Below, in pieces: positions 12,152 through 23,562 of a DNA stretch of 64,000 nt (its first letter is position 1; each line of letters opens with the position of its first letter). Made by a program: the position numbers and the translations under genes. A model generated the notes under the pieces. It had not been told where the DNA came from and searched no databases. It was given only the letters and a program-made list of their open reading frames with translations. The DNA lies in NCBI RefSeq assembly GCF_037042905.1, contig NC_087250.1, positions 17,672,001 through 17,736,000 of the forward strand, written 5' to 3'. This stretch comes from Lytechinus pictus (lineage: Eukaryota).

Positions 12152-12839
12152 GTACGGCACGTTCCGGTAAAATTTAGTGATAGATTACTAATATTATATA
12201 ATCATTAATCAAACCATGTTTTTCATGTTTTTGTAATATGTGGTCAATCTGCCAAGGCCAAGCGTGGGCGCAAGTCGAGCGAGGGGCATGGGCCGCTGTT
12301 GGGCCCGCTGTTGGGTCGAATCAACGACCCGGTCCAGATCCAGAAGCTTGGTTCAACAAACGTTGCAATTAACTTTGCCTTTGCGGCAACTATTATGATA
12401 ATGGGTCTCAGAAAGCAATCAAGGTTGCCATGGTAGTTGTCATTCTGGGGCAGTTACCACAGTTGCATCGATTAACATCTAGATCAGTCATTACCCGTTG
12501 GACTGATTATTTACGATTAATCATAGACTTTGGATAACCTATACACCTGGGTGAAGAGCGGTAAAAATAAAATAACATTTGTCCATATCCATGACGATTG
12601 CCAACTATGCCAACTATGATTTAAGTGTAATGAAAAAAAAATAAGCCTAATGGAGACCCGTCCATAGCCGGGGTGACGAGAAATCATTTTATCTCTGGTG
12701 ACCTATGTTATATTGGTTGTCAAACCTGTATAATCATTTAATAAAAAGAGTTCTCAAAAGGAACAAGAAAAGTTGTCTTATTGATAAAGGCAGGTGGTAT
12801 TTGTAGACAGATAGCCTACAAGTGAGAACCAGATTTAAA

Positions 12840-13125
12840 GGAGAACAAAATAGAGCGGAGAAACGGCCTTTGCCTCTTCAGCTCCATCTCTCTGGAGTCT
12901 GGAATGCTCTTCCACTGAGGGTCCGATCATCTGAATCGCTTGAACATTTAACAATTATTTAAAATCCTGTTTCTTCTTACTTTGGTTGAATATGTTAAGG
13001 TAATTTTGATCTGACCATACACTCGCACAAGCAAACATTTTTTCCCCTGTAATTCCACCCCCATCTCTCTGCGCTTCGGAATAGTTTACTAGATAGATGG
13101 CGCGTAATAAATGCTGTGTTTATTA
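12840..13125 (+). mobile_element. L2-clade LINE 3' fragment
   Basis: Decayed G.RAF...APSLW.ALP..VR.SESL motif; tail GCGCTTCGGA...ATGGCGCGTAATAAATG. Confidence 0.65.
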
Positions 13126-13389
13126 CGGAAAGGGGGAAATACAGACAATCATTATAATTATAGAAAAGCTGACAGTGTTGACACTAAAAAAAAAATAAAA
13201 CAGGTTTGGTAAAGTTTGGTTCACTACACCACTTCTGTTTTCCTTACCACTGATGAATAAAAAATGCATAAGGTTTTAATTAAACACTGAGTAGTGTTGT
13301 AATAAGTCACCTGATTTGCATGTAAATTGGTTTCCAATCACAGTTATGTAAAGGTTACCATGCCTCGCCGATAGTGTTGTATAATGTGA

Positions 13390-13904
13390 CACAGTAAAAA
13401 CTAGAGGGGTGAAACTGACTTTTACGCAGCAAAAACTGTGGTGTTAACCGGTGTACATAACGGACCACACCAGTTATTTTACACCGGTGTTGAATTGATG
13501 GTGTTAGTTTTACACCTATAGGTGTCATTACAACACCTTTGGTTGTTACATTTACACGCTTTGGTGTTATTTTTAATCTCTAGGGTGTAATTATAACACC
13601 TCGGGGTGTGGTCCTCTATTAACACCAACTGGTGTTAGTTTTAACACCGCAGTTTTTACAGTGTAGTTCGTAACGCCAGAGTAACAAACCCTGAGGTGTT
13701 TAAAAATAACACCCTAGAGATTGAACATAACACCAAAGAGTGTAACAGAAACAACAATAGGTGTTGTAATAACACCCACAGGTGTGAACTAACACCAAAA
13801 ACGCTCCCCCCCAAAAAAAAAAAAAATGCGCAGTGAAATTACTGGTGTGGCCATTTCTGTGCACCAATAAACATGATCAACATCACGGTTTTTTTTTTGC
13901 AGTG
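13390..13904. mobile_element. CMC/EnSpm-like MITE (2-bp TSD GA) containing an inverted copy of its own family at 13425-13663 (TSD TA)
   Basis: Outer GA|CACAGTAAAAA...TTTTGCAGTG|GA; inner TA|CGCAGCAAAAACTGTGGTG...CAGTTTTTACAGTG|TA; 13500-13610 is the reverse complement of about 13690-13800. Confidence 0.75.
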
Positions 13905-14132
13905 GATGATGATTCCAATATTTTCCGTCGGTGGTTCATAGTCTTCAAATACTGCATGGCGTGATATCGTAAACAATTGAAATCCTGGTGAAGAGTTATT
14001 CTCCTATAGTGTAGCGTAGAATGTTGACTGGGTAGACAGGAAGATAGAACAGGTGCGTGAAGGATGGTGTATTTCATCGCGAAAATAAATAATTCATCGG
14101 TTTGAGAAATATTCATTCAAATGGGGGACATG

Positions 14133-14401
14133 GGCCCCGTCTTACAAAGAGTTACGATTGATCCGATCAATCTCAAGTATATGGAAATCCATCAATGTCA
14201 TATTGTTTTCGTTTGGAAATTTGCTCAATGTCCTTTGAAAACAAAAAGACGCATGTGGAATTGTCGAGAAAATAGTGAATGTGTGAATACACGTCATTTC
14301 TAGAAAATATTTTGAACAAACATATATTTTAGATGTTGACATTGCTGGCTTTCCATAGTTGCGATTGATCGGATTAATCGCAACTCTTTGTAAGATGGCC
14401 C
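14133..14401. mobile_element. PIF/Harbinger-like MITE
   Basis: GGCCCCGTCTTACAAAGAGTTACGATT...AATCGCAACTCTTTGTAAGATGGCCC with 3-bp TSD ATG. Confidence 0.8.
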
Positions 14402-15361
14402 ATGGTACAAATGAAAGTGGGTTGGGGAAAGAGAGAGACATGGCAGTGACGGAGAGGAGGGATGTGAGAGACGGGGGGGGGGGGGGCAGAGAGAAGGTGG
14501 GGTATACAGACGCTGTTATCTTCACAAGAAATATCTGACGATACATCTTCTGATATCAGTTATTATTACAGAAGTTCCAATAGGCTATAACAATATTTTC
14601 AGGGAATATCACCCTGCTGACACCAAGTTGCGCTTCTGTTTGGTCGAAAATAAAGTTTGAGATGAAAGTATAGTTGTGTTTGATTTTTTGGGGGTTGTGT
14701 TTAATTGTAACTCTTTCAGCAACTAGTACCCCTCGACTTTTGAGACTTGGGGAAGGACCAGAACTGCATTCGTGATGTTTTTTCAAATACTTCTCTTTTA
14801 TGTTTTTCGCTTTTGACCTCTCCGTCCCTCCTACCTCAAGAGCTCATCCCTATTCGGGGTGTCACCGGGTGAAAAATGACTTTTATTCACGGAATAAGTG
14901 TTAGATGTGTTTACCTGAGTGTAATCAATCGCGCAGCCGAAAGGGTGGTACAGGGGGACATGCCCCGCCCCCTCCAGTGACAATCGGGGTAAAATTTTAA
15001 AATCTATTATAAAAGTAGGTCAATCTGACAACGACATACAACAAACCCAAGAAATATGAAGAAAAAATTAGAGAAAAAACATGGATCAAATTTGATATTT
15101 TTATTGTGCTTTAATAATATGCAAAATCAATGTTTTTCAATCATAATTTCGAATTTATTTAGGAGCGTGTTTCTGTGATGGTCATTGCTGGTGGAAAAGG
15201 GTGGGTAGTGTGGTGGTGGTGGTGGTGTGTGTGTGGGGTGGGGGGTGGGGAGGGGGGCGCTGCTCCTCTCTTTGTAACTTCCCGCCATACGATAAGTGCC
15301 CCCTCTCTTGGCATGGGTCCTTGGCATGGGTACATTTCTGTACCCCTCACTCTTCCCCCTA

Positions 15362-15598
15362 CACGGAAAAAACTCTGGTGTTGATTTAACACTAGCCCGG
15401 AATCTATATATGTCCACACCAGAGAAGTGTTAAACAACACCAGTTTTGGTTTTACACCAGATATGTGTTTATACAACACCAATTAGTATTAAAACAGCAT
15501 CGGTTTTATTCCAAATCGGTGTCATTTCAATACTTCTCTGGTGTGGACATATATATATTCTGGGCTGGTGTTAAATCAACACCGGAGTTTTTGCAGCG
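15362..15598. mobile_element. CMC/EnSpm-like MITE
   Basis: TA|CACGGAAAAAACTCTGGTGTT...AACACCGGAGTTTTTGCAGCG|TA; internally deleted copy at 21192-21389. Confidence 0.75.
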
Positions 15599-16430
15599 TA
15601 AAAATCTTCTGGAGTCTGTACCATATCTGTATGCCTTCTACGTGCACGTGATATCTATTTTCAGATTTTTTTGTCAGGGGGGGGGGGGCTATACATCTCG
15701 ACATCTGATTGTAAAATACTACCATAAAACCAGTGCCCTCAATTAACACGGGTACCTCACTGCACCCCTCACTATCCCTGAAATCCATTTGAATCCCTTC
15801 GACGGGATTTCCACGGTAGCTTTAGCTTTTTCACCTCCGCGGTGACATGAAAAATGAGAAAACCAGACACTATTCAGACTTCAGTGCAATTTAAACGCAA
15901 ATGAAAATAGAAGCTCGAAGTCCTACGAAGACTTGAATTGTCTGGTTATCCTGTGATCCGCCTTGATTTATGTTTAAAACGTTTGTATTCAGTGCAGTGA
16001 CACCATATCCTTTCCATCTTTTCTTTACTTGTTTTCTTCTTTTTTAAAACAAGTTTTACATTTACAAAGATTATTAATGCTCATAGCATATCGTTACAAT
16101 AATACCCCCGCCTTCGTGTTGACGAAACCTTTAAACATTTAGGACTTCTCTTTTCAATGAGAATGACAAGTCAATAAATATTTCATTTGACAAAGGAGCT
16201 TGCGCCCGAAATAGGTCGAGTTTTGACGTTTTTAAATTTATGGCAAGGTAAAATGTATCGAGTTTTTTTTTGTCGGCAGACCGTAAACACTTAGCCTATT
16301 TTCTTGTTCTTTGATCTTGCAAAGTATTATTGTCACGTAACGTAATAATTGGATGTCTTCTAAGCACGGGAAAAAAACGAAGCAATGTGGTCCTATAAAC
16401 ACGCTAAAGGTATACAATTAGCATATTGTA

Positions 16431-16598
16431 CACTCTAAAAAACGAAGTGCTAATTCAGCTCTTAAAGAGCGTGTATAGTGACTGCACTTCGGAGTGCTGA
16501 TTTTTTAGTTCAAATTTGAACGAGAAAATCAGCACTCCGAAGTGCAGTCACTATACACGCTCCGTAAGAGCTAAATTAGCACTCCAGTTTTTAGAGTG
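16431..16598. mobile_element. Near-perfect hairpin MITE (CMC/EnSpm-like)
   Basis: TA|CACTCTAAAAA...TTTTTAGAGTG|TA; palindromic through the centre GTTCAAATTTGAAC. Confidence 0.85.
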
Positions 16599-19026
16599 TA
16601 ACTTCTTTAATCTGATCGTTGATATTAATGTATTTTAGTCGAATCTTTTGGAAAGCCCGCACTCAATTCTGATATTGATTTGGGAACGCTTGCTAATTTT
16701 GTGATCGCCATAATGAATCAAATTTTTTTCCGACGCTTTAGGCCTATTGGTTTTGTATTTTTAAAAGGATTTTGATAAGTAAAAAATGAATAGGTGGGTG
16801 GAAAAAAAAGCTTGAAATCTAAATCGAAAGTAAAATAAGTAAGTCATGACTTTAAAAGTTATCATATTTGCCCTTTCCTTTTGGAACATGTCAGACAGTC
16901 GCCATTTGATAAACCAGGTAAAATGTACACCTGTAACTTTTGAACATATTTTTCACATGATTTGTCATTGATCTTACCTTGGGTTATGAATTTCGTGCGA
17001 CCGATGATGATATAGCTTCATGTTGATTCATTACATTCAAGGTTCTTTTGTGCATAGTGTCAGGTGGTCTGTTCGCTCAATCACGTGATCACCTCATTTT
17101 GGCCCCGTTCGATAAAAGGATGCTAAATTATCTTTTTAAATTATTAATCTTCCTACCCAAAGTCGAACAGTCTATACACTCTAGACAGTCGATCAGATTT
17201 TCGGTAAAAAGGAAAATTCGTGTTGGTAACTAATACCAAAAGTAGCCAAGTTCTTGTCAAAATTATACACATTGTTGAATTGAAGTTTACCCAACATGCA
17301 TTGCGCTTAATAATGGGACAAATCTAACCCCAAAACATACATGTTCACTTTTCAACCAATATTGGTTAATTTTTTCTAAATTTGATTTTAGAGTTCACAT
17401 TTGGCACGCAGTTCACTTTGCTACCCTTTCAGTTTTAACTAACCCATCACCATATCAGTTTTATTATCGCCTACCTGTCTGTACCCATCTGTTGCATGGT
17501 TAAACAAGTATCATAAATGATATTTTGTTCTGCCCAGACACTTCGCATGCAGGTTCACATTTTAACCAGGGCTGCGCCATGCAGGATATTATGATAGGGG
17601 AAGGGGTGCTACCCCCTCCCCCCCGGGGGGGGGGGGGGCGCCCCTACTACTTTCAATGATTCCAGTCATTAAAAGGGTTATTACGAGATTGGAGAAAGAA
17701 AAAAAAATACGGAAAGGAAAAAAAGATACTGGGCGGGATGGCTTGTTTGAACGTGCACGTGCGTATGGACCTTTTATCGTTATAAATATCTTAAGTTATA
17801 CACATGTTTGATTTTTTTTCTCCACCTCCCCCACAAAAAAACTCTTACATCTCTTCTGGCAGTGTGTCCCTCGCAGCCGAAAAGCATGTCGAATATCACA
17901 TTCCCATTTCTGCTGTCTGCGGGAAAACAAGTGACCGCAATTTGATTGTTGAAGCCTAATTAGGTAGTAACCTATATCTTTAGATCATCGTATTGTCATT
18001 AATTCAATCAAATTTCGAGTCTGAGCTAGGTGTCGTGACTCTTCTTTCGTCGGCTAGAGGGGAAATTATGTCGAAACAGTTGCAGAACATGAATGTTTCA
18101 TCAGTTACATGCGTGTGTATGTGTCAATCACTGGCGTGCAGATGGAGTGCTTGGGGGCATGGTCCCCCCAAACCCTTAAATATTTACGACCAAGAAAAAG
18201 GGGAGAACAAGTAAGAAAGGAAATAGGATTAAATATATTATTTTGTCGAAATTTATCAAAATATAAATTGATTTTGAATAAGAAATATCAAAATATTTGT
18301 TCTCTCTCTTAGTCAAAGTTTATCCAAAAAACCCCAATGATTTTGAATAAGAAATATCAAAATATTTGTTGACTCTCTTTATCAAAATTCATCAAAAAGT
18401 TGATTTTGAATAAGAAATATCAAAATATTTGTTCACTCGCTTCGCTCGCTTGCAGCTATTAAAAACTTTTGCCCAATACGCCCGTAGTGCCTCCCGCTTT
18501 TTGGCTCATTACGTATGCTAATGATCGATGTTAATCATGAGAGCTACGAAAGCAAAATGAATCCGTGAGAGAAAGAGAAACGATGCACAGACACCATATA
18601 ATACCCGTCTCCGACGAGCCGGAGGTTTGGGGAGGAGGACATGGATGTTGGCAAGTGGTCAAACCATTCTGACCACTTGTCCGGTCAAGATTTGACCACT
18701 TGTTACAAAGAGGGGATTGTATGAGGCGCCAGGTGTCCGATGGAAAAGTCCGTCTAATTCACGCCAATAATATTGTCTAGTCTTGCATCCATTACGAGGA
18801 CACGATGGGACAACTCACTTGACTGACTTGGTCAGCTTTCTGTCATTATCTAAATCTTAGAGAAACTTAAATTATTTGATTCGCTTGCTTCAATCGCTCG
18901 CAAATTTTTTTCAGAAATATGGCATTTATAATACGAGGACAAGGTCAACAGCTGACTAGGTAATATGGCTGATATGGTAGACTTAATGTCTTTGACCATT
19001 CGTCATATTCATTCGGACACAACCTG

Positions 19027-19171
19027 GGACCCGTTGCAGAAAGAGTTACAATCAATCCCAACTCTAAAAATCATTCGTAACTTGATTTTCAACCAATCAA
19101 CAGCGCGCATTTGGGACTTGCGATTGATTTTTTGGCTTGCGTTTAAACGCAACTCTTTCTGCAACTCGCCC
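19027..19171. mobile_element. PIF/Harbinger-like MITE (CCCGTTGCAGAAAGAGTTGC family)
   Basis: TIRs plus CTG TSD; same family at 23078-23180 and 23424-23562 (opposite orientation) and 43890-44034. Confidence 0.8.
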
Positions 19172-22100
19172 CTGGTGTGTTCACCAGAAATTTCGGAAGC
19201 TCGGAGCCCCTCCCCCAATTTTTTTTTCATTGCTGAAACCAACTCTATCGCATTTTTTTTTTACAACATTATAGTTTTCATGGAATACCTCGGAATATTT
19301 GTTTTTTTAATAGTTCATTCAGGTGCGATCAATCTTTTAATGATTCAAGATGGTATTTAAACAGAAAATACTGTTTTGCTTTACCCCCCCCCGAACACAT
19401 AAAGAAAGAAGAAGAAATAAAAAAGCGAAGCGAATTGTTCAGTGTATTGAATAAGCGTAACATCCAATATTTTCATAAAAGCTGAAAGTCAGAAATGTTC
19501 TTTTACGTGTGATAAACAGTCGTAAAACAGTCCATAAACCGGTCATTGAAATTTACGCTCTAAAAATAAAACCCCCTTTTAATGCTGGGTTAAAGTAAAA
19601 AAAGGGAAATGAATGTTGTAGTTTATTTTCATATCCCGGATATCTTTCTCTATGATTATTTTTTGATTTCGAATGGTATTTTTTCAGGCAGAAAAAAAGT
19701 GGGCGTGTAATTTTCATCGCCCTATAATCGGACACTATTAATCAAACTAACAACATTCATCTGATTGTGATGTTGGTCTCAAAACGTCAGTGCTCAAATG
19801 TCTACATGTTGGGGCTATTTGTGCATTGGCTTATAGATGGAGTGGGGGGGGGGGGGGCTTGGGGTCATGGCCCCCAAAAGTTCTACCACTAAAAATAATG
19901 AGAAAAAGAATGAAGAGGAAAGGAAAAAAGGGGGAGAATGGGATGTTATTTTCTGAACATATTGTCAATATCTGTCACGAAGTGAGCTTCTCGTACTAAG
20001 AGTGTCAGCATTATCGTTCAATTGCTTCGCTCACTCGAGACTATTTTATTAAGTAGAAATTTTGCTCCATACACCATTTTTGCCCCCCCCAAAAAAAAAA
20101 AAGGTTGGCCATTACACCACTGTTACTTTATACTTCCTACTAAGTAACTCAAAGTTTCAATATCCTTACCAAATTACGTTTTTAGCAAGCAATTTAATAA
20201 ATGGAATATGTTTCCCTTTTAAATGAAAGCATGTTAAATGGTAATTTAGATTCGCTTTTATTCGACCGGATAAGACCTATACATCAGTGTACATTAAGCC
20301 TAAATCGAGTCACAATCTCCTAACGTTCATGATTTGAACGCGAACCTACTAGTAGTATCATGTAACATATTTATGTAGTCCAATTCGAACCAAATTGCGC
20401 TGTATATCAACATGGTCTTTGATTGTAATCTTCGATTTCATTACTAATTTCCGGGCCGATTCCTCCGAGGACCGAGAATGGAGACTTGCGGATATTTCGG
20501 TGAATATCCGCATTTTGGGGGAAAAATGGAGATGTGTAAAACGAGGGGTGAAATGAGTGGTACTTAAACAAAATTGGATTGGAGATGATGTCTGCAATGT
20601 TCAGGCATGTAGGTAATGTTGTTCCAGATAAGTTCAATTTCATGCGTCATATCCAATTCGAGATTGAGATAATATTTAGAAAATCTCTACTTGGTTTATG
20701 AAGGCAAATAGGCATCTGATTCAATATATTTTCGATTAATCGATATTTTTTATGATTTTCCCCATAAATATGAAGCTGCATGATCTCCAAAATAAGCAAA
20801 TTAATGATTTTTATGACTATTTCATGAATTAATGGTAGCATTAGATAAACGAGATCCCCCTTTAATAGTACGATGTAATAGTTTGTATTTATGAAATATC
20901 AACTGCATTACTGTTCATGATTATGTACCATTAGTTTTCGTCTTACTCGTTTGTATAAAAATGTTCAATGAAATACGACATACATAAATTACAATCGTCA
21001 TAAATTTTTATATTACATACGATTGATGTAAATTTCGATATTACGTGCTTTTTTATTTTCTCATTTTAATCCACTCATTTTTGATGAAGTGGTCATGATT
21101 TTTTTTTATTTCATCTCCCAGAGAAATCTCCAATTTGACCCAATTTTGACGTTTAACGAATAGATTTACGAGGTCTACTTTTCAATGTTTGCACTGCAAA
21201 AACTCCAGAGAAGTGTTAAACAACACCAGTTTCGTTTTGGTCTATCACCAGAAAGGTGTTTATACAACACCAATTAGTATTAAAACAGCATCGGTTTGAT
21301 TCCAAACTGGTGTTGTTTTAATACTCCTCTGGTGTGGACATATATATATTCCGGGCTGATGTAAAATCAACACCGAAGTTTTTGCAGGGTTTGCTGTCAC
21401 CGATTTCTCAATATTTTCAGTGTCTCTGAATAGGCATACTGTTTTCTGTTTGCGAAAGACTGGACTCCCATCTTCGGCTATGTATGACGATTTGAAACCA
21501 TGTGAGTACAAGGACAAAGCAATTAGCATTTGATTGGCCACCAGTCTCAACAATCACTCACCAGTTGAAAAAAAACCCACAATTTATCCAGAAGCCGAAA
21601 GTGAAATAGGTTGATTTTTAGGGGGACCGGGGGGGGGGGGGGCGTTTCATGAAAGGACTTGTCGGACGTTTTATCCGACAAGTCCCATTTTATCCGACAG
21701 TTACCATAGTAACAGTACCTCTCAGCCAATCAACATCAGAGAAAGATGTCAGATCTGACAACTTGTCGGATGAAAATGTTGATGAAACACTCCCCTGGTC
21801 GCTTTTATACAATACTAATGATAGCTTGATAAACTTATGACTGTTAAGAGTTACTGATACATATGAATGGATTCGATTGTCTGTTATTTATATTTGCTTT
21901 TCAGGGAATAAGTTTGAAATTTGACCAATCGAGCTCATTTTATCCAGAAGCCGATAGTGAAATATAGGTTGATTTTTTAAGGGGGATAATGATTTTGGTT
22001 GCTCTTAAACAAAACTAATAATAACTTGATAAACCAATGGCTGTTAAGAGTTACTTTAATGACTGGTTTTAGGTGGCTGTTCTTGATAAGTGGTTGTCAA

Positions 22101-22292
22101 GTTATAAGTTTGAAATTTGACCAATCAAGCTCGAAGGTTCACAGTTTTTGCTCTCAGTTACTGGCGTAGACACGGGGGGGGGGGGGGGGGGACAGGGGGC
22201 ATTGCCCCCCATTACGACCAAGAACATGAACGGAGAAAAAGTTTCAATCAGGTTCTGTGGCTGCAGAGGAATAGGGGTATTTCATGCTAGAA

Positions 22293-22608
22293 ACGACTGG
22301 ATGATAAACTTACAATTTGAATTTTGACGATTTTGAAAATTTGAATTTCGACAACTGGATAAAAAACCCTATACGATTTGAATTTCGACGATTTTTGACA
22401 ATTTGAATTTCGATGACTCTATAACACACCTACGATTTGAATTTGGACGAATTTGACAATTTTCATTCTAGGAGTGGATAAACCTCCGATTTGACTTTTG
22501 CGATTTTTGACATTTTGACGACTGGATAACAAACCTACAATTTGAATTTTGATGATTTAAAAAATTTGAATTTCAACGACTGGATAGCGAACCTACGATT
22601 CGAATTTT
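22293..22608 (+). repeat. Minisatellite, about 6 degenerate units of 50-60 bp
   Basis: Repeating ACGACTGGATA...CCTACGATTTGAATTTCGACGATTTTGACAATTTGAATTTC; follows an hAT-like terminus at about 22160. Confidence 0.75.
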
Positions 22609-23423
22609 GACAGACAAACGATCTGTCACTGAATTCAGGTCCTCCCAGAGTGCATGTGTCTACATCGTGAATAAACATGCCAAGAAGTTAATTGTCAAAC
22701 AACTCAAATGTTTGGTAAACTCTCGGCTAGGTCACATGAAGAGGGCAGGAGGGACAGAAAGTAGTTTGACAAGCAGCACGGCTTTTTTTCCCGACTCGTT
22801 CACAGGCTAGTCTGTGAGCGCAGACTAAAATTTGACACTTAAACAAAGTTTGTCATGTCTAGGGTGAAGACTGGATTCCAAACTCTCCAAACAACTTGTG
22901 GCGTGCGCCTGAAATCCAAAGTGAATCGATGCAGAGGCTCAAGGTTCGAGCTCTGGACGTCTTCTGGACATTTTGGATGTTTTATCCGGAAAATGTATGT
23001 TTTATGCTACAGTTACCATGGTAACAGACGCCATGGTAACAGACGGACTCCAATGTTTTTCGGCCGATCAAAATCAAGGCCCGTTGCAGAAAGAGTTGCG
23101 TTTAAACGCAAGCCAAACAAATCAATCGCAAGTCCCAAATGCGCGCTGTTGATTGGTTGAAAATCAAGTTGCGCGTGATTTTTTTTTTTTAACTTGTGAG
23201 ATGACAAATGCAGACAAAACTTTCTCCTGGCATTCTATGATCTGACAATAATTCGCACTTAAAGACAATTAAGCTTTAGAACCTCTCTTCAAAAATCAAC
23301 TCGACGGATATCGTCTACCCAGATAATTATTCTCAGTCGATACCGATTTCTTCTTAAACATTTAATTACAAATCTATGACAAAGCCCTACATTCTGTATT
23401 AATACCCACACTAAACATTGCAG

Positions 23424-23562
23424 GGGCGCGTTGCAGAAAGAGTTGCGTTTAAACGCAAGCCAAAAAATCAATCGCAAGTCCCAAATGCGTGCTGTTGATT
23501 GGTTGAAAATCAAGTTGCGCATGATTTTAAGAGTTGCAATTGATTGCAACTCTTTCTGAAAC
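23424..23562. mobile_element. PIF/Harbinger-like MITE, same family as 19027-19171 but inverted
   Basis: GTTGCAGAAAGAGTTGCGTTTAAACGCAAG...GATTGCAACTCTTTCTG. Confidence 0.8.
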
